Below are positions 1 to 9,609 of a stretch of 64,000 nucleotides of DNA, one piece after another. Within the stretch, counting starts at the first letter, position 1. Every line of letters begins with the position of its first letter. The translations under genes and the position numbers were made by a program. Source of the stretch: Veillonellaceae bacterium (GTDB lineage: Bacteria; Bacillota; Negativicutes; JAAYSF01); assembly GCA_012523975.1 (NCBI GenBank), contig JAAYSF010000017.1, forward strand, positions 7,302 through 71,301, given 5' to 3'. The notes beneath the pieces were generated by a model. The model had not been told where the DNA came from, ran no database searches, and saw nothing but the letters and a program-made list of their open reading frames with translations.

Positions 1-236
1 TACAGATGCCGTTCCCGCTGGTTCGGTTGATGTTGTTACATAATATGTAAGTAAAACTATAAAAACGCCGATAAAAATCTTTAAACGTCGATTGGGCGGG
101 CATTCTTTGCCTGATAGTTTTCCGAGCTTTAACAAGCAACGCTCACCTCCAATATAATAATTTAAATAAGAAGGTATTATGTATTCAACAGCTCGATTCA
201 GATTACCTCCAAGATTAAGAGAGACAATTATTACCT

Positions 237-1757
237 TCACGACAGGTTATCGAGGCTACTCCGATAATGAATCGCCTCACCAATATGCGCCTCATTGATA
301 ACATCTATGTTATTAAGGTCAGCAATAGTTCGGGCTACCTTAACAATACGGTCATAAGCTCTGGCGCTCAGTCCCATCTTATCAAAAGCTGCTTTAAGCA
401 GATTTTGAGCGCCAGGTGTCATGGAACAAGTTTGCTTGATATGCTTATGGCTCATCTGAGCATTGCAGAATATCCCAAACTGTTCTAGGCGATTATGCTG
501 AAGCTTTCGGGCTGCTTCAACTCGCTGGCGAATTTGTGCTGATGTTTCAACTAGGGAAATATTGGTCATCTCATCATACTGCAGTCGAGGTACATTTATA
601 TGGATATCAATTCTGTCCAGCAAGGGCCCAGATATCCTTCGTACATAGCGATTAATATCGCTGCTGCTGCAAGTGCATTCGTGGATAGGATCGGTCAGAT
701 AACCACACGGACACGGATTCATAGCAGCAATGAGAATGGATTTTGCAGGATAAGAGAGTGAGGCGTTAACCCTAGAAATGGTAACTTGTCCATCTTCAAG
801 CGGCTGTCGCAGAACCTCCAGCACCATTCGGGGAAACTCAGGCAGTTCATCAAGAAATAGTACACCATGATGGCTGAGTGTTACTTCGCCAGGTCTAGGT
901 ATACGCCCTCCACCGATCATGCCAGCGTGAGAAATAGTATGGTGTGGATTTCGAAATGGCCGTGTTGCTATAAGCCCGCCAATTTTTTGCATTAGTCCAG
1001 CTACACTGTAAATTTTAGTTACCTCAAGTGATTCGCGTTCGGTCATCGACGGCAGTATCGAAGGAATGCGCCGCGCTAGCATTGTCTTGCCCGAGCCTGG
1101 CGGGCCAATCATTAAGACATTGTGACCGCCCGCGGCTGCGATTTCAAGTGCCCGCTTGGCAACTGATTGCCCTTGAACGTCGGCGAAATCTTCATAGGTT
1201 ATTTGTTGAGCGGGACTGGGTTCTTTAAGTGACGGGTCTAATATTTGCTCACCTCGTAAATGCAATACTAACTGATTTAGGGAGGTCGGTGAGTATACTG
1301 TCAGATTACCAACTAACAAAGCTTCTTGAGTATTATCCGGTGCAACGAAAATTTGTGTAACACCACTTTCGGCACAATTTATTGCGATTGGTAAAGTACC
1401 AGAAATTCCTCGTAGTTTTCCGTCAAGCGATAATTCACTCGCAAATAGTTTTGATTCTAAAACCTTTAGGTTTAGATAACCGCTTGCGGCTAAAATTCCG
1501 ACAGCTATTGGCAAATCGAGACCAGAACTATCTTTTTTGAGTTCGGCTGGCGCAAGATTGATCGTTATCCTTTTTGCTGGGAACTCAAAGCCTGAATTTT
1601 TTATTGCTGCTCGTACCCGCTCACGAGATTCCTTAACTGCGGCATCCGGCAGCCCAACGATATCAAAACTTGGCAGCCCATTAGCGATATCTGCTTCTAC
1701 AGTAATTATAATACCGTTAAGACCTAATGTAGTTGAGCCTAATGTTTGTGCAAACAC
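237..1757 (-). CDS. comM: YifB/ComM family Mg-chelatase-like AAA+ ATPase
   Basis: The ORF translation carries the N-terminal GLPxFxIVGLPDxAVKESRERVRAAIKNSG motif, Walker A GPPGSGKTML and ChlI-type C-terminal domain. The tracked ORF (to 1820) has a non-homologous N-extension; the likely start is the GTG at 1755-1757, preceded by a GAGGT RBS, giving about 507 aa. Confidence 0.85.
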   Translation of the reverse strand: MFAQTLGSTTLGLNGIIITVEADIANGLPSFDIVGLPDAAVKESRERVRAAIKNSGFEFPAKRITINLAPAELKKDSSGLDLPIAVGILAASGYLNLKVLESKLFASELSLDGKLRGISGTLPIAINCAESGVTQIFVAPDNTQEALLVGNLTVYSPTSLNQLVLHLRGEQILDPSLKEPSPAQQITYEDFADVQGQSVAKRALEIAAAGGHNVLMIGPPGSGKTMLARRIPSILPSMTERESLEVTKIYSVAGLMQKIGGLIATRPFRNPHHTISHAGMIGGGRIPRPGEVTLSHHGVLFLDELPEFPRMVLEVLRQPLEDGQVTISRVNASLSYPAKSILIAAMNPCPCGYLTDPIHECTCSSSDINRYVRRISGPLLDRIDIHINVPRLQYDEMTNISLVETSAQIRQRVEAARKLQHNRLEQFGIFCNAQMSHKHIKQTCSMTPGAQNLLKAAFDKMGLSARAYDRIVKVARTIADLNNIDVINEAHIGEAIHYRSSLDNLS

Positions 1758-1803
1758 TGGTTCTACCTCACTTAACCGCTTAGGAAGCGTTCTGGAATTT
1801 AGT

Positions 1804-2163
1804 CTAACTGCCAAACGCATTTACGATATGATTGCAGCTAGGATTCTGATGCTGTACCAAAAAAACTTCTAATATATCAAAGCGACATGGGCCGTAAGGC
1901 TTTCGTATCATGTTTAGATAATATAAGGCAGTCTTAATAATTTTTTGTTGTTTTTTATGGGTAACGGCCTCTGCCGGAGAGCCAAACAATGTGTTTCGCC
2001 TAGTTTTTACCTCAACAAAAACAATTACGCCGCAGTGTTCAGCAATGATATCAATTTCACCGGTTTTACAGCGAAAATTTTGGGCCAGGATTTTATAACC
2101 GGAATGCTGTAAAAAAGCAGCGGCAGCTTGTTCGCCTATGTTGCCAGTTATTATTCGATTCAC
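1804..2163 (-). CDS. yraN: YraN family (UPF0102) endonuclease-like protein
   Basis: 119 aa with the YraN motifs GEIDIIA and FVEVKTR. yraN-comM adjacency is typical. Confidence 0.8.
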   Translation of the reverse strand: MNRIITGNIGEQAAAAFLQHSGYKILAQNFRCKTGEIDIIAEHCGVIVFVEVKTRRNTLFGSPAEAVTHKKQQKIIKTALYYLNMIRKPYGPCRFDILEVFLVQHQNPSCNHIVNAFGS

Positions 2164-2192
2164 ATGCAGACACCTCGATACCTATATTCCCT

Positions 2193-2240
2193 AAAAAATT
2201 ACAACTTCCTGCCTAAAATGGTATGAAGTTGTAATTTTTT
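2193..2240. terminator. Perfect 16-bp inverted repeat AAAAAATTACAACTTC / GAAGTTGTAATTTTTT flanked by A/T runs; bidirectional Rho-independent terminator ending the HD-GYP transcript
   Basis: Read directly from the sequence. The stem overlaps the stop codon of the 2239..3303 gene. Confidence 0.6.
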
Positions 2241-3303
2241 ACCGTTCTACTACATCGGCGATATATAGTCTTGGATTCTTGGACAGGTCAATCTCTAATA
2301 GCTTATTCATATGACGTTTATTTTCGTCCATTATAATGCGCACAACGGGTTTGGTTTTACTATCACGTGATATATCAACAACTACTCCTAATTGATTGTT
2401 ATTTAACCGTACGACTGAACCAATTGGGTATATTGCGATGTTTTCAGTGAACTTACTAACCAAGTCAGCATCAAAGTAACTTCCGGCAGCTTTAGAAATT
2501 ATAGCTACAGCCTCATACACCGGCATTGCTTTACGGTAAGTGGCATCAGATGTCAAAGCATCATAAACATCGGCTATAGCCACAATGTGAGCAAACTGGT
2601 GGATATCACTTCCTTTGAAAGCACGGGGATAGCCGCTGCCGTCATAGCGTTCATGATGCTGAAAGGCACAATGGGCAGAAACTAGGCTTATATCTGGGTT
2701 TTTGCGAAGAATTTCAAAGCCTAAGTACGGGTGTTTTTTTATTTCTTGAATTTCATCATTGGTTAGTCTGCCAGTTTTATTAAGTAACTCCGCGGAAAGT
2801 TTAGTTTTACCGATATCATGAAGCAAGGCTCCTACACCTAAATCTCGTAAACGTAATTCATCATAACCAAGGCTTAGGCCTGTCATTATAGCTAACACGC
2901 AAACGTTAACCGAATGGCCAAATAGATAATCATTTTGAGTACGCATATCAATAAAGCTAACTAGTGTGCCATGATTGCGGCAAAGCTCGTCTACAAGAAG
3001 ATTTGCAACCTTTTTCGCTTGGTCTGCATCGACACTTTTACCTACTTTTACGCCTTCGATGATGTTTTTTGCTGATACAATTGATTCAATTCGAGTCTTT
3101 TCATTAATTACATCTGGAATATCAATATCATCGGTAAGTTCATCTTCAATATATATGTAAGTTACGTCCAATTCGCGCAGACGTCCAATGAACCTATCCT
3201 TTAGCTCGATACCGGCATTTAATAGTATCATACCGTCTGCGCTGTAGAGCGGTTTTGCCAGCTTCATACCAGGAGTTATATTATCGAGTAGAATACGACG
3301 CAT
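2239..3303 (-). CDS. HD-GYP domain c-di-GMP phosphodiesterase-like protein
   Basis: HDIGK followed by HHERYDGSGYP (HD-GYP signature). It has an N-terminal domain of unknown function and a C-terminal beta-rich extension. A GGAGGA RBS sits 5 nt upstream, and the gene starts only 10 nt after the stop of the upstream FlhB-CC-like gene. Confidence 0.8.
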   Translation of the reverse strand: MRRILLDNITPGMKLAKPLYSADGMILLNAGIELKDRFIGRLRELDVTYIYIEDELTDDIDIPDVINEKTRIESIVSAKNIIEGVKVGKSVDADQAKKVANLLVDELCRNHGTLVSFIDMRTQNDYLFGHSVNVCVLAIMTGLSLGYDELRLRDLGVGALLHDIGKTKLSAELLNKTGRLTNDEIQEIKKHPYLGFEILRKNPDISLVSAHCAFQHHERYDGSGYPRAFKGSDIHQFAHIVAIADVYDALTSDATYRKAMPVYEAVAIISKAAGSYFDADLVSKFTENIAIYPIGSVVRLNNNQLGVVVDISRDSKTKPVVRIIMDENKRHMNKLLEIDLSKNPRLYIADVVER

Positions 3304-3313
3304 CTAATTCCTC

Positions 3314-3598
3314 CTATTTTTGCCGTTTTCCCAACCTTTGGTCGACACGGTATACATATGCCAATATTTCAGCAACAGCTTGATATAACTCAGGCGGAAT
3401 TTCTCGATCAATATCAACTGCCATTAACATCCCGGCCAAAGTTTTATTTTGATATATTGGGACAGAATTTTGTTTGGCTGAGAAAACAATCTTATCGGCA
3501 ATATAGCCGGAGCCCTTTGCGACAACTTTAGGTGCAGCATTTTTTGCATTATAACTAAGGGCAATGGCTTGCATGGTCTTTTCTTCATTTTTGCTCAT
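3314..3598 (-). CDS. Stand-alone FlhB C-terminal (FlhB-CC) domain protein, EscU/YscU/HrcU switch-protein-like (YlqH-like)
   Basis: 94 aa. It aligns to the part of FlhB/YscU that lies after the NPTH autocleavage site (VPI...LA..L, IP.ELY.AVAE.L.YVY). The ORF has no NPTH motif and no transmembrane region. Confidence 0.75.
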   Translation of the reverse strand: MSKNEEKTMQAIALSYNAKNAAPKVVAKGSGYIADKIVFSAKQNSVPIYQNKTLAGMLMAVDIDREIPPELYQAVAEILAYVYRVDQRLGKRQK

Positions 3599-3613
3599 GA
3601 AAACACCTGCGCA

Positions 3614-4762
3614 TTATTTTACTTTTATATCTGTTAATTTCAAAGTTGAGCTGGATAAACGGGTTTCAATTTCAGGCAAATATTCGGTAAATACATTTGC
3701 TGCGCTGTTTAAGGAGAAAGCTACACTGACGTTAATAAGGTTTTCCTGGTATAACCGAAATACAATATCGACAATACCAATGTTCTCAGTAGACAAGCAA
3801 ACCCGCAACCAAGTTTCCGGTGTTTGTTGACGCCGCTCTCCGTCCTCCTCCTTAGCGTCTTGGTAGACATGAATGTACGCTGGATAAGGCTTGGTAGCAT
3901 TTTCAAAATACAGAGGTATGGTTACACTAAATAGCTTCTGATTAGTGGCAGTAGCCCCTGTTTCTTCGCTACCAGCGGTATGAGTTTGCAATGATGTTGC
4001 TAGTTGCTGCAATATATCGGACGACTTTTGCACTTGCTGGGTATTCATATCTAACCAAGGCAAGGCATTTTTGAGCTTTATACTAGCCCATAGCATTATG
4101 AGCTCTGGTAATAAGTTTTTTTCAGCAAACTGAACTAGGCTTTCAGGTGCTGTTTTCGCAAACATTACCAAGATTTCTTTAATGGTCATATATTGTGTAT
4201 CAGGAAATTTTTGATTAAATGTCTTTTGTATAAGCTGCTTCAAATTAGTATTCTCGCTTATGTATTTAGCAAGCAACAAAAAGCTACTTTCGGAAAGTAA
4301 TTTACCTAAATTGGAGTCTGCTTTAAGCAATGGCGCCCAAAAATCATCTAAAGTCTGTATATAAACCTGTGATTTTTGCTGTTCTAGCGTAAAACTTTCT
4401 TTGATGACTTGAGCATCCTGGATAGCCGCTATAAGCTTGAAGAGTTTATCAGCAGCAGTTTTTTGACTACTCGCCAAAGCAGCAAGCCCCTGTAAAAAAT
4501 TTTCCGGAGCAGCTGTATTTTGCTGAATAACTTTAATCGCGGCGTCTTTTAAATTGACAGGTAATAAGTTGATAAGATTTTCCCGATTACGGATGGATGT
4601 CGCAATTTCTTTTAACAAACTGTTAACAGCTTGTTCAACCGAAAAATGAGTCTGCTTAACTAAAGTAACACCAGAACTATTATTGGAATCGGTTAGTTGT
4701 TGGTTATTTTGAATATTAAGGCTAGCTAATGCATTATCAGAAGACGGAAGGCTAATCTTCAT
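3614..4762 (-). CDS. Hypothetical protein with a FliK-like C-terminal (Flg_hook/T3S4-type) domain
   Basis: 382 aa, Q/N/S-rich and low-complexity at the N-terminus. The C-terminal ~70 aa, WLRVCLSTENIGIVDIVFRLYQENLINVSVAFSLNSAANVFTEYLPEIETRLSSSTLKL, follows the FliK C-domain pattern L+L.L.P..LG.V.I.L....V.V.F.......L...LP.L...L. It overlaps rnhB by 11 nt and lies 15 nt upstream of the FlhB-CC gene. Confidence 0.5.
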   Translation of the reverse strand: MKISLPSSDNALASLNIQNNQQLTDSNNSSGVTLVKQTHFSVEQAVNSLLKEIATSIRNRENLINLLPVNLKDAAIKVIQQNTAAPENFLQGLAALASSQKTAADKLFKLIAAIQDAQVIKESFTLEQQKSQVYIQTLDDFWAPLLKADSNLGKLLSESSFLLLAKYISENTNLKQLIQKTFNQKFPDTQYMTIKEILVMFAKTAPESLVQFAEKNLLPELIMLWASIKLKNALPWLDMNTQQVQKSSDILQQLATSLQTHTAGSEETGATATNQKLFSVTIPLYFENATKPYPAYIHVYQDAKEEDGERRQQTPETWLRVCLSTENIGIVDIVFRLYQENLINVSVAFSLNSAANVFTEYLPEIETRLSSSTLKLTDIKVK

Positions 4763-5540
4763 AATCTTTCACCAACGTTTTTATCGGCTCAAAACTCTGC
4801 CGATGTATTGGGCATGGTCCATGTTCTACAAGCGCAGCAAAATGTTCGGCAGTTGCATAGCCTTTATGACGCGCAAAACCGTACTGTGGATATTCGAGGT
4901 CATAGCGATCCATAATTCTATCCCGTTCAACTTTAGCTATTATCGAAGCTGCCGCGATCGATGCACTCAAGGCATCACCATTAATAATTGATGCGGCATA
5001 GATATTTAAATCTGGTAGCGGAACTGCATCAATAAGTACAGCATGGGGGGCAGGATTTAACTGATCAACTACCTCATACATTCCTTTAACCGTTGCCTGA
5101 TAAATGTTAATTTCATCAATCGTAGCTACATCTACGATCGAAAAAGCCGTTGAGATTGCACTTTGTTTGATCTTGTCATATAATAACTCGCGTTGTTTCG
5201 CGGAAACTTTTTTAGAATCATTTAGTCTAGGCAGGTTAAAATTGGCTGGTAAAATTGCTGCGCCTATAACTACCGGGCCAGCTAACGGACCCCTACCGGC
5301 CTCATCAACACCGGCAATCAATTCAAAGCCTTGCTCGTATAGTGAGCGCTCAAACTTAAAAAGGTCGTATAGCCTTTTTTGTTCTAATAGCGTTTGGGCT
5401 TGGCGGCGTTCCCACTTTTTAATGAGCTGAGCCACACTAATACGTGGATCTTGTTTTAATAAAGTTATTAACTCTTGTGAGACAGTATCACTTTCTAAAA
5501 GCTGTGAAACATTTGCCACAGTCATGTTGGCAATTTGCAA
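4752..5540 (-). CDS. rnhB: Ribonuclease HII
   Basis: GVDEAGRGPLAGPVV catalytic motif and RNase HII fold signature, with the N-terminal extension also seen in Firmicute RnhB. Confidence 0.9.
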   Translation of the reverse strand: MQIANMTVANVSQLLESDTVSQELITLLKQDPRISVAQLIKKWERRQAQTLLEQKRLYDLFKFERSLYEQGFELIAGVDEAGRGPLAGPVVIGAAILPANFNLPRLNDSKKVSAKQRELLYDKIKQSAISTAFSIVDVATIDEINIYQATVKGMYEVVDQLNPAPHAVLIDAVPLPDLNIYAASIINGDALSASIAAASIIAKVERDRIMDRYDLEYPQYGFARHKGYATAEHFAALVEHGPCPIHRQSFEPIKTLVKDYED

Positions 5541-5633
5541 TATTAACCCTCCGTGAATCTTTACGATATAAATATCTGATTATTGGTTATTTATTTATAT
5601 TCTTGAAGTATGTCCAAATCCCTGTTATGGGAT

Positions 5634-5658
5634 AAAAAAAGACCGCTTTGTAGCGGTC
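5634..5658 (-). terminator. Rho-independent terminator after rbgA (GACCGCT-ttgt-AGCGGTC followed by a T-run on the minus strand)
   Basis: Hairpin at 5641-5658 with an A7 run at 5634-5640 on the plus strand. Confidence 0.55.
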
Positions 5659-5666
5659 TAAGAATC

Positions 5667-6527
5667 TTACTCTAGTTTGTCTAAGGTAAATTTGCCTAAT
5701 TTACCATTACGAAATTCGTTTAATATTATCCGATTTACTTTTTCATAATCGACTATACCGCCGCTACGTAAACAGCCGCGCTTAGCGCCGATTTGATTCA
5801 GTATTTCTGATGGCTCCTCCGGAAGCGGCTCTTTAAGGTTATAACGTTCTATTAGTCTGGAACCATAATTTTCCCGCAAATAAAGGATGAACTTTGCAAT
5901 GACCTGTTCCATATCGTAAACCTCATCGTTTATCGCTCCTGTTACTGCAAGATTAAAAGCAACATCGGGATCTTCCAATTTTGGCCAAAGCACGCCTGGA
6001 GTATCCAGGAGTTCTAAGTTGCGGCCAATCTTAATCCATTGTTTACCGCGGGTAACGCCAGGTTTGTCTGCTGTTTTGACGACAACATTGCCCAAGAGCC
6101 GATTAATTAATGATGATTTACCAACGTTGGGTATGCCTAAAATCATGGCTCGTACAGCCCGTGGCTTGAGACCTTTAGCTTTAAGTTTTTCAATTTTCGG
6201 ACTCGCGGCCTGTTCGACCTTAGAAATTAGAGTTTTAGCACCTTTACCGGTCACTGCCTCAATAGCGACTACCTGCAAGCCTTTACTCTTAAAATGAGTA
6301 CTCCATCTTTCAGTCCACTCCGGTTCTGCGAGGTCAGCTTTATTGAGTGCAATAACACGCGGCTTATCGAGAACAACTGAACTAATCATTGGATTTGAAC
6401 TGCTTACAGGAATACGTGCATCTAATAGCTCGATGACGACGTCGACTAATTTTAGGCTTTCCTGGATCATCCTGTGAGCTTTAGCCATATGACCAGGAAA
6501 CCAATTAATTTTGATATCTTGTTCCAT
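5667..6527 (-). CDS. rbgA: Ribosome biogenesis GTPase A (YlqF/RbgA)
   Basis: Circularly permuted GTPase motifs ([22 protein letters not shown]). Synteny with lepB and rnhB matches B. subtilis. Confidence 0.9.
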   Translation of the reverse strand: MEQDIKINWFPGHMAKAHRMIQESLKLVDVVIELLDARIPVSSSNPMISSVVLDKPRVIALNKADLAEPEWTERWSTHFKSKGLQVVAIEAVTGKGAKTLISKVEQAASPKIEKLKAKGLKPRAVRAMILGIPNVGKSSLINRLLGNVVVKTADKPGVTRGKQWIKIGRNLELLDTPGVLWPKLEDPDVAFNLAVTGAINDEVYDMEQVIAKFILYLRENYGSRLIERYNLKEPLPEEPSEILNQIGAKRGCLRSGGIVDYEKVNRIILNEFRNGKLGKFTLDKLE

Positions 6528-6681
6528 GGTATCACTACTCTCTAACGGAAATTACAGTTCTAAAAAAATTGAGATGGCCATTCAATTGTGCTAATCGCCA
6601 TGACACGCTAGATAAATGGTCATAGTTATTGCGAACGCGCAACGCAGGTGGCAATCTCATTTTAATGTCAATAGTTTGGCC

Positions 6682-7209
6682 TTAGGGAAGGGATTTTATG
6701 TGGTCAAGCGGCCAGAAAATCATTACAGCTTTACCTTTAACAAGATCATAAGATACGAATCCGACATCACGGTATCTGCTGTCCTCGGAATTGTTACGGT
6801 TGTCGCCCATTACAAAAATATGCCCATCCGGTACTGTTGCCAAATTATATGAACCACGTGTTTTATCCAATATGTATGGTTCGTTTAATAACTGACCGTT
6901 AACAAAAACGCGTCCATCTTTAATTTCAATTGTATCACCGGGCTCTGCGATTACCCGCTTAATAAAGTCTCGGCTTGGGTCACGAGGATAGCGAAAAACA
7001 ATTATTTCACCTTTAGTCGGTTTGTTGAATCGATATATAAACTTATTTACAACAAGCCTTTCCCCGTTTTGCAAGGTAGGACGCATGGACGGACCTTCTA
7101 CCATATATAATTCGACAATGTAATGTCTGATAAAGAATGCTAAAACAACGGCAATCAGAATTGAAACTATCCAATCCTTGACTTCTTCACCTAAGCTTGA
7201 GCTTTTCAC
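6682..7209 (-). CDS. lepB: Signal peptidase I
   Basis: N-terminal TM helix, the SM box GPSM and the catalytic Lys-box KRVIA, GDNRNNSEDSR. Confidence 0.9.
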   Translation of the reverse strand: MKSSSLGEEVKDWIVSILIAVVLAFFIRHYIVELYMVEGPSMRPTLQNGERLVVNKFIYRFNKPTKGEIIVFRYPRDPSRDFIKRVIAEPGDTIEIKDGRVFVNGQLLNEPYILDKTRGSYNLATVPDGHIFVMGDNRNNSEDSRYRDVGFVSYDLVKGKAVMIFWPLDHIKSLP

Positions 7210-7270
7210 TTATTATCCCTCCTGCCGTAAAACCTGTGATAACGCTTATTTACTAAGAGCAGTTCATTTA

Positions 7271-7305
7271 AATAAAAATGAATAAAGGGACTGCAAACAG
7301 TCCCT
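7271..7305 (-). terminator. Rho-independent terminator after rplS (AGGGACTG-caaa-CAGTCCCT plus T-run)
   Basis: Read from the sequence; it sits immediately downstream of the rplS stop at 7314. Confidence 0.5.
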
Positions 7306-7313
7306 TATACAAC

Positions 7314-7655
7314 CTAGCGTCTTTCTTTGATACGTGCTGCTTTACCAGTGAGGTTGCGCAGGTAGTACAATTTAGCACGACGAACAATGCCCCTACGAGT
7401 AACTTCAATTCTGTCAATACGCGGGGAATGAACAGGGAAAGTACGTTCCACACCAACATTGTAGGACACACGTCTTACAGTGAAAGTTTCACGAACACCG
7501 CCGCCTTGACGATGAATTACAACGCCTTCAAAAACCTGGATACGTTCACGATTGCCCTCAACAACCTTAACATGCACGCGAACTGTATCTCCAGCTCTGA
7601 ATGAAGGGATGTCTTTTCGAAGTTGTTCTTGTTCTAATGCTTGAATAATGTTCAA
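7314..7655 (-). CDS. rplS: 50S ribosomal protein L19
   Basis: 113 aa with the conserved L19 sequence, [15 protein letters not shown]. Confidence 0.95.
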   Translation of the reverse strand: MNIIQALEQEQLRKDIPSFRAGDTVRVHVKVVEGNRERIQVFEGVVIHRQGGGVRETFTVRRVSYNVGVERTFPVHSPRIDRIEVTRRGIVRRAKLYYLRNLTGKAARIKERR

Positions 7656-7781
7656 TGTAGTTCCTCCTTATACTAGACGTTCATAACCCAAATAGTATTT
7701 TTTAGAAATATCAGGCAGAGGACCGTCCGTTTTACACCGTAAAAATTTTATCATATCATCCTAGGAAACTCAAGGAATATT

Positions 7782-8357
7782 TCATTTACTCCACCAATTT
7801 TCACCTAATAATCTATCTAAAATAATTGCTACCGCAGCGCGAACAGGCAAATGGTTATAATCACAAGGACCGTAGATTGGTTCCAAGATATAGTCAAACA
7901 TTTTCATGACTGACCTTTCCATTCCCCAACCGGTACCAAAAAGGAGTAAACAAGGTTTATTGCCGCTTGCAATATCGTTACGTACCTTAATATAAGAGAC
8001 CGTATTATCAAACTTACGTGCGTCAGTTGTAATAATTACAGGATGCTCACCTTCAGCATTTTTTATGAATTCTACAGCTTTCTCAATATCAGGCATAATT
8101 TTTAGAATACTAAATGCTTCTTTGCGGTCAGGGTTATACTGACTGCCGTACCCATCCTGCCAGTAGCTTATTATATTCCGAGCAAGTTCGGCCTGTGATT
8201 CCAAGGGGTGAATTATAAAATATTGCTTAATATCATAGGTTCGCGAAGTACGGGCAATATCGTGAATATCAAAGTTAGTTATCGCAGTAGTGATGATTTC
8301 GCCATTTTTATTATAAATTGGGTAATGTACTAAACCCAGATATACAGGAGCTGACAT
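7782..8357 (-). CDS. Hypothetical protein, putative SPOUT-class (TrmH/TrmD-fold) RNA methyltransferase of unknown substrate
   Basis: 191 aa lying between trmD and rplS. The C-terminal LLLFGTGWGM resembles SPOUT SAM-binding motif III. I recognise no characterised family. I recall a predicted SPOUT family at this locus in Clostridia and Thermotogae, but cannot confirm this without a search. Confidence 0.4.
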   Translation of the reverse strand: MSAPVYLGLVHYPIYNKNGEIITTAITNFDIHDIARTSRTYDIKQYFIIHPLESQAELARNIISYWQDGYGSQYNPDRKEAFSILKIMPDIEKAVEFIKNAEGEHPVIITTDARKFDNTVSYIKVRNDIASGNKPCLLLFGTGWGMERSVMKMFDYILEPIYGPCDYNHLPVRAAVAIILDRLLGENWWSK

Positions 8358-8358
8358 T

Positions 8359-9105
8359 TTAGCCTCCCGACTGTTCTTTAATAACCTCAGCCAATAATTT
8401 GGCGTCTTCTGAACTTAATTCAGCATTTTCCAAGAGGTCCGGACGACACTCCAAAGTTTTTTTTAAGGACTCTTTTTGGCGCCAGCGATTTATCTTAGCA
8501 TGATCGCCCGAAAGCAAAATGTCTGGCACTTTCATGCCGTTAAATTCGCGAGGCCGTGTATATTGCGGATATTCTAGTAATCCATTATAAAAAGAATCAT
8601 GCGGAGCAGACTCACTACTGCCTAAAACGCCGGGCAGCATTCGGGCAACAGCATCTACAACTATCATAGCAGGCAATTCCCCGCCTGTTAAAACATAATC
8701 GCCAACCGAAATGGTTTCGTCCACTAAAAATTGTTTAACTCGCTCGTCAATACCTTCGTAATGGCCGCAGATAAGGATTAGATGCTCATAATGTGCAAGG
8801 TCCCGCACCTTAGCTTGATCTAGGCGCTGACCACTAGGGCACATCATAATAATACGTCGGTTTTTAGCTGTGCTTTGACTAGCGATATTCTCAACAGTCC
8901 TAAAGATAGGTTCTGGTTTCATTACCATACCTGAACCGCCGCCAAAGGGGTAATCATCGACAATCCGATGTTTATCGAAAGTAAAATCACGAGGATTGGT
9001 AACAGAGACCTTTAAAATATCTGCGTCGCGGGCGCGTTTGATTATACTGTGACCCAATGGCCCTTCAAACATCTCTGGAAATAAGGAAATAATATCAATA
9101 ATCAT
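8359..9105 (-). CDS. trmD: tRNA (guanine37-N1)-methyltransferase
   Basis: 248 aa with a classic TrmD sequence throughout. Confidence 0.95.
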   Translation of the reverse strand: MIIDIISLFPEMFEGPLGHSIIKRARDADILKVSVTNPRDFTFDKHRIVDDYPFGGGSGMVMKPEPIFRTVENIASQSTAKNRRIIMMCPSGQRLDQAKVRDLAHYEHLILICGHYEGIDERVKQFLVDETISVGDYVLTGGELPAMIVVDAVARMLPGVLGSSESAPHDSFYNGLLEYPQYTRPREFNGMKVPDILLSGDHAKINRWRQKESLKKTLECRPDLLENAELSSEDAKLLAEVIKEQSGG

Positions 9106-9106
9106 G

Positions 9107-9607
9107 TTATTCCCATTCTTCCTGTAATTTTACCGTCATCCTGCCACTCGGGATGTCAATTTTTAATACAACTTCTTTCAAAGCAGGTATGAGGATAGGC
9201 TTTTGATCTTCCTGTTCCGTAACGTACACGTCATTACTGCCGGTCTCGAGAATATCAGTTACTATGCCGAGATATTCTCCGGACTCAGTATATACCTTTA
9301 GGCCGATTATATCGAAATGGTAGAAATGCCCTTCAGGTAAAGGAACAACATCTTGGCGGTTTACATGAAGGAGCTTGCCTCGTAATTTCTCCGCATCATT
9401 CATTGTATTGACGTTACGGAATTTTACCAGTACAAACTGTTTATGAAATTTTGCGTTTTCAACATCGAGCGCGCTGCCGTCTTCAAGTACAACTCTTTTG
9501 GTTTTGGCGAATCTTTCAGGAAAGTCCGTATGGGGGAAAACACGAACGTCACCCCGCACACCGTGCGGGGCAACGATTTGACCAATGACAATCAGTTCAT
9601 TTCTCAT
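9107..9607 (-). CDS. rimM: 16S rRNA processing protein RimM
   Basis: [17 protein letters not shown]-terminus plus PRC barrel C-terminus. Confidence 0.9.
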   Translation of the reverse strand: MRNELIVIGQIVAPHGVRGDVRVFPHTDFPERFAKTKRVVLEDGSALDVENAKFHKQFVLVKFRNVNTMNDAEKLRGKLLHVNRQDVVPLPEGHFYHFDIIGLKVYTESGEYLGIVTDILETGSNDVYVTEQEDQKPILIPALKEVVLKIDIPSGRMTVKLQEEWE

Positions 9608-9609
9608 AG

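Noticed and set aside
1-105. Open reading frame on the minus strand starting at the ATG at 103-105 and running off the window start
   Set aside because: It has no Shine-Dalgarno sequence, the translated 35 aa show no recognisable similarity (dprA would be expected here), and it cannot be evaluated from so short a fragment.
1537-1872. 111-aa plus-strand ORF spanning the comM/yraN junction
   Set aside because: Antisense to two overlapping conserved genes.
7656-7781. Possible L19 autoregulatory leader RNA upstream of rplS
   Set aside because: I could not identify a convincing conserved structure by eye. It would need an Rfam covariance-model scan.
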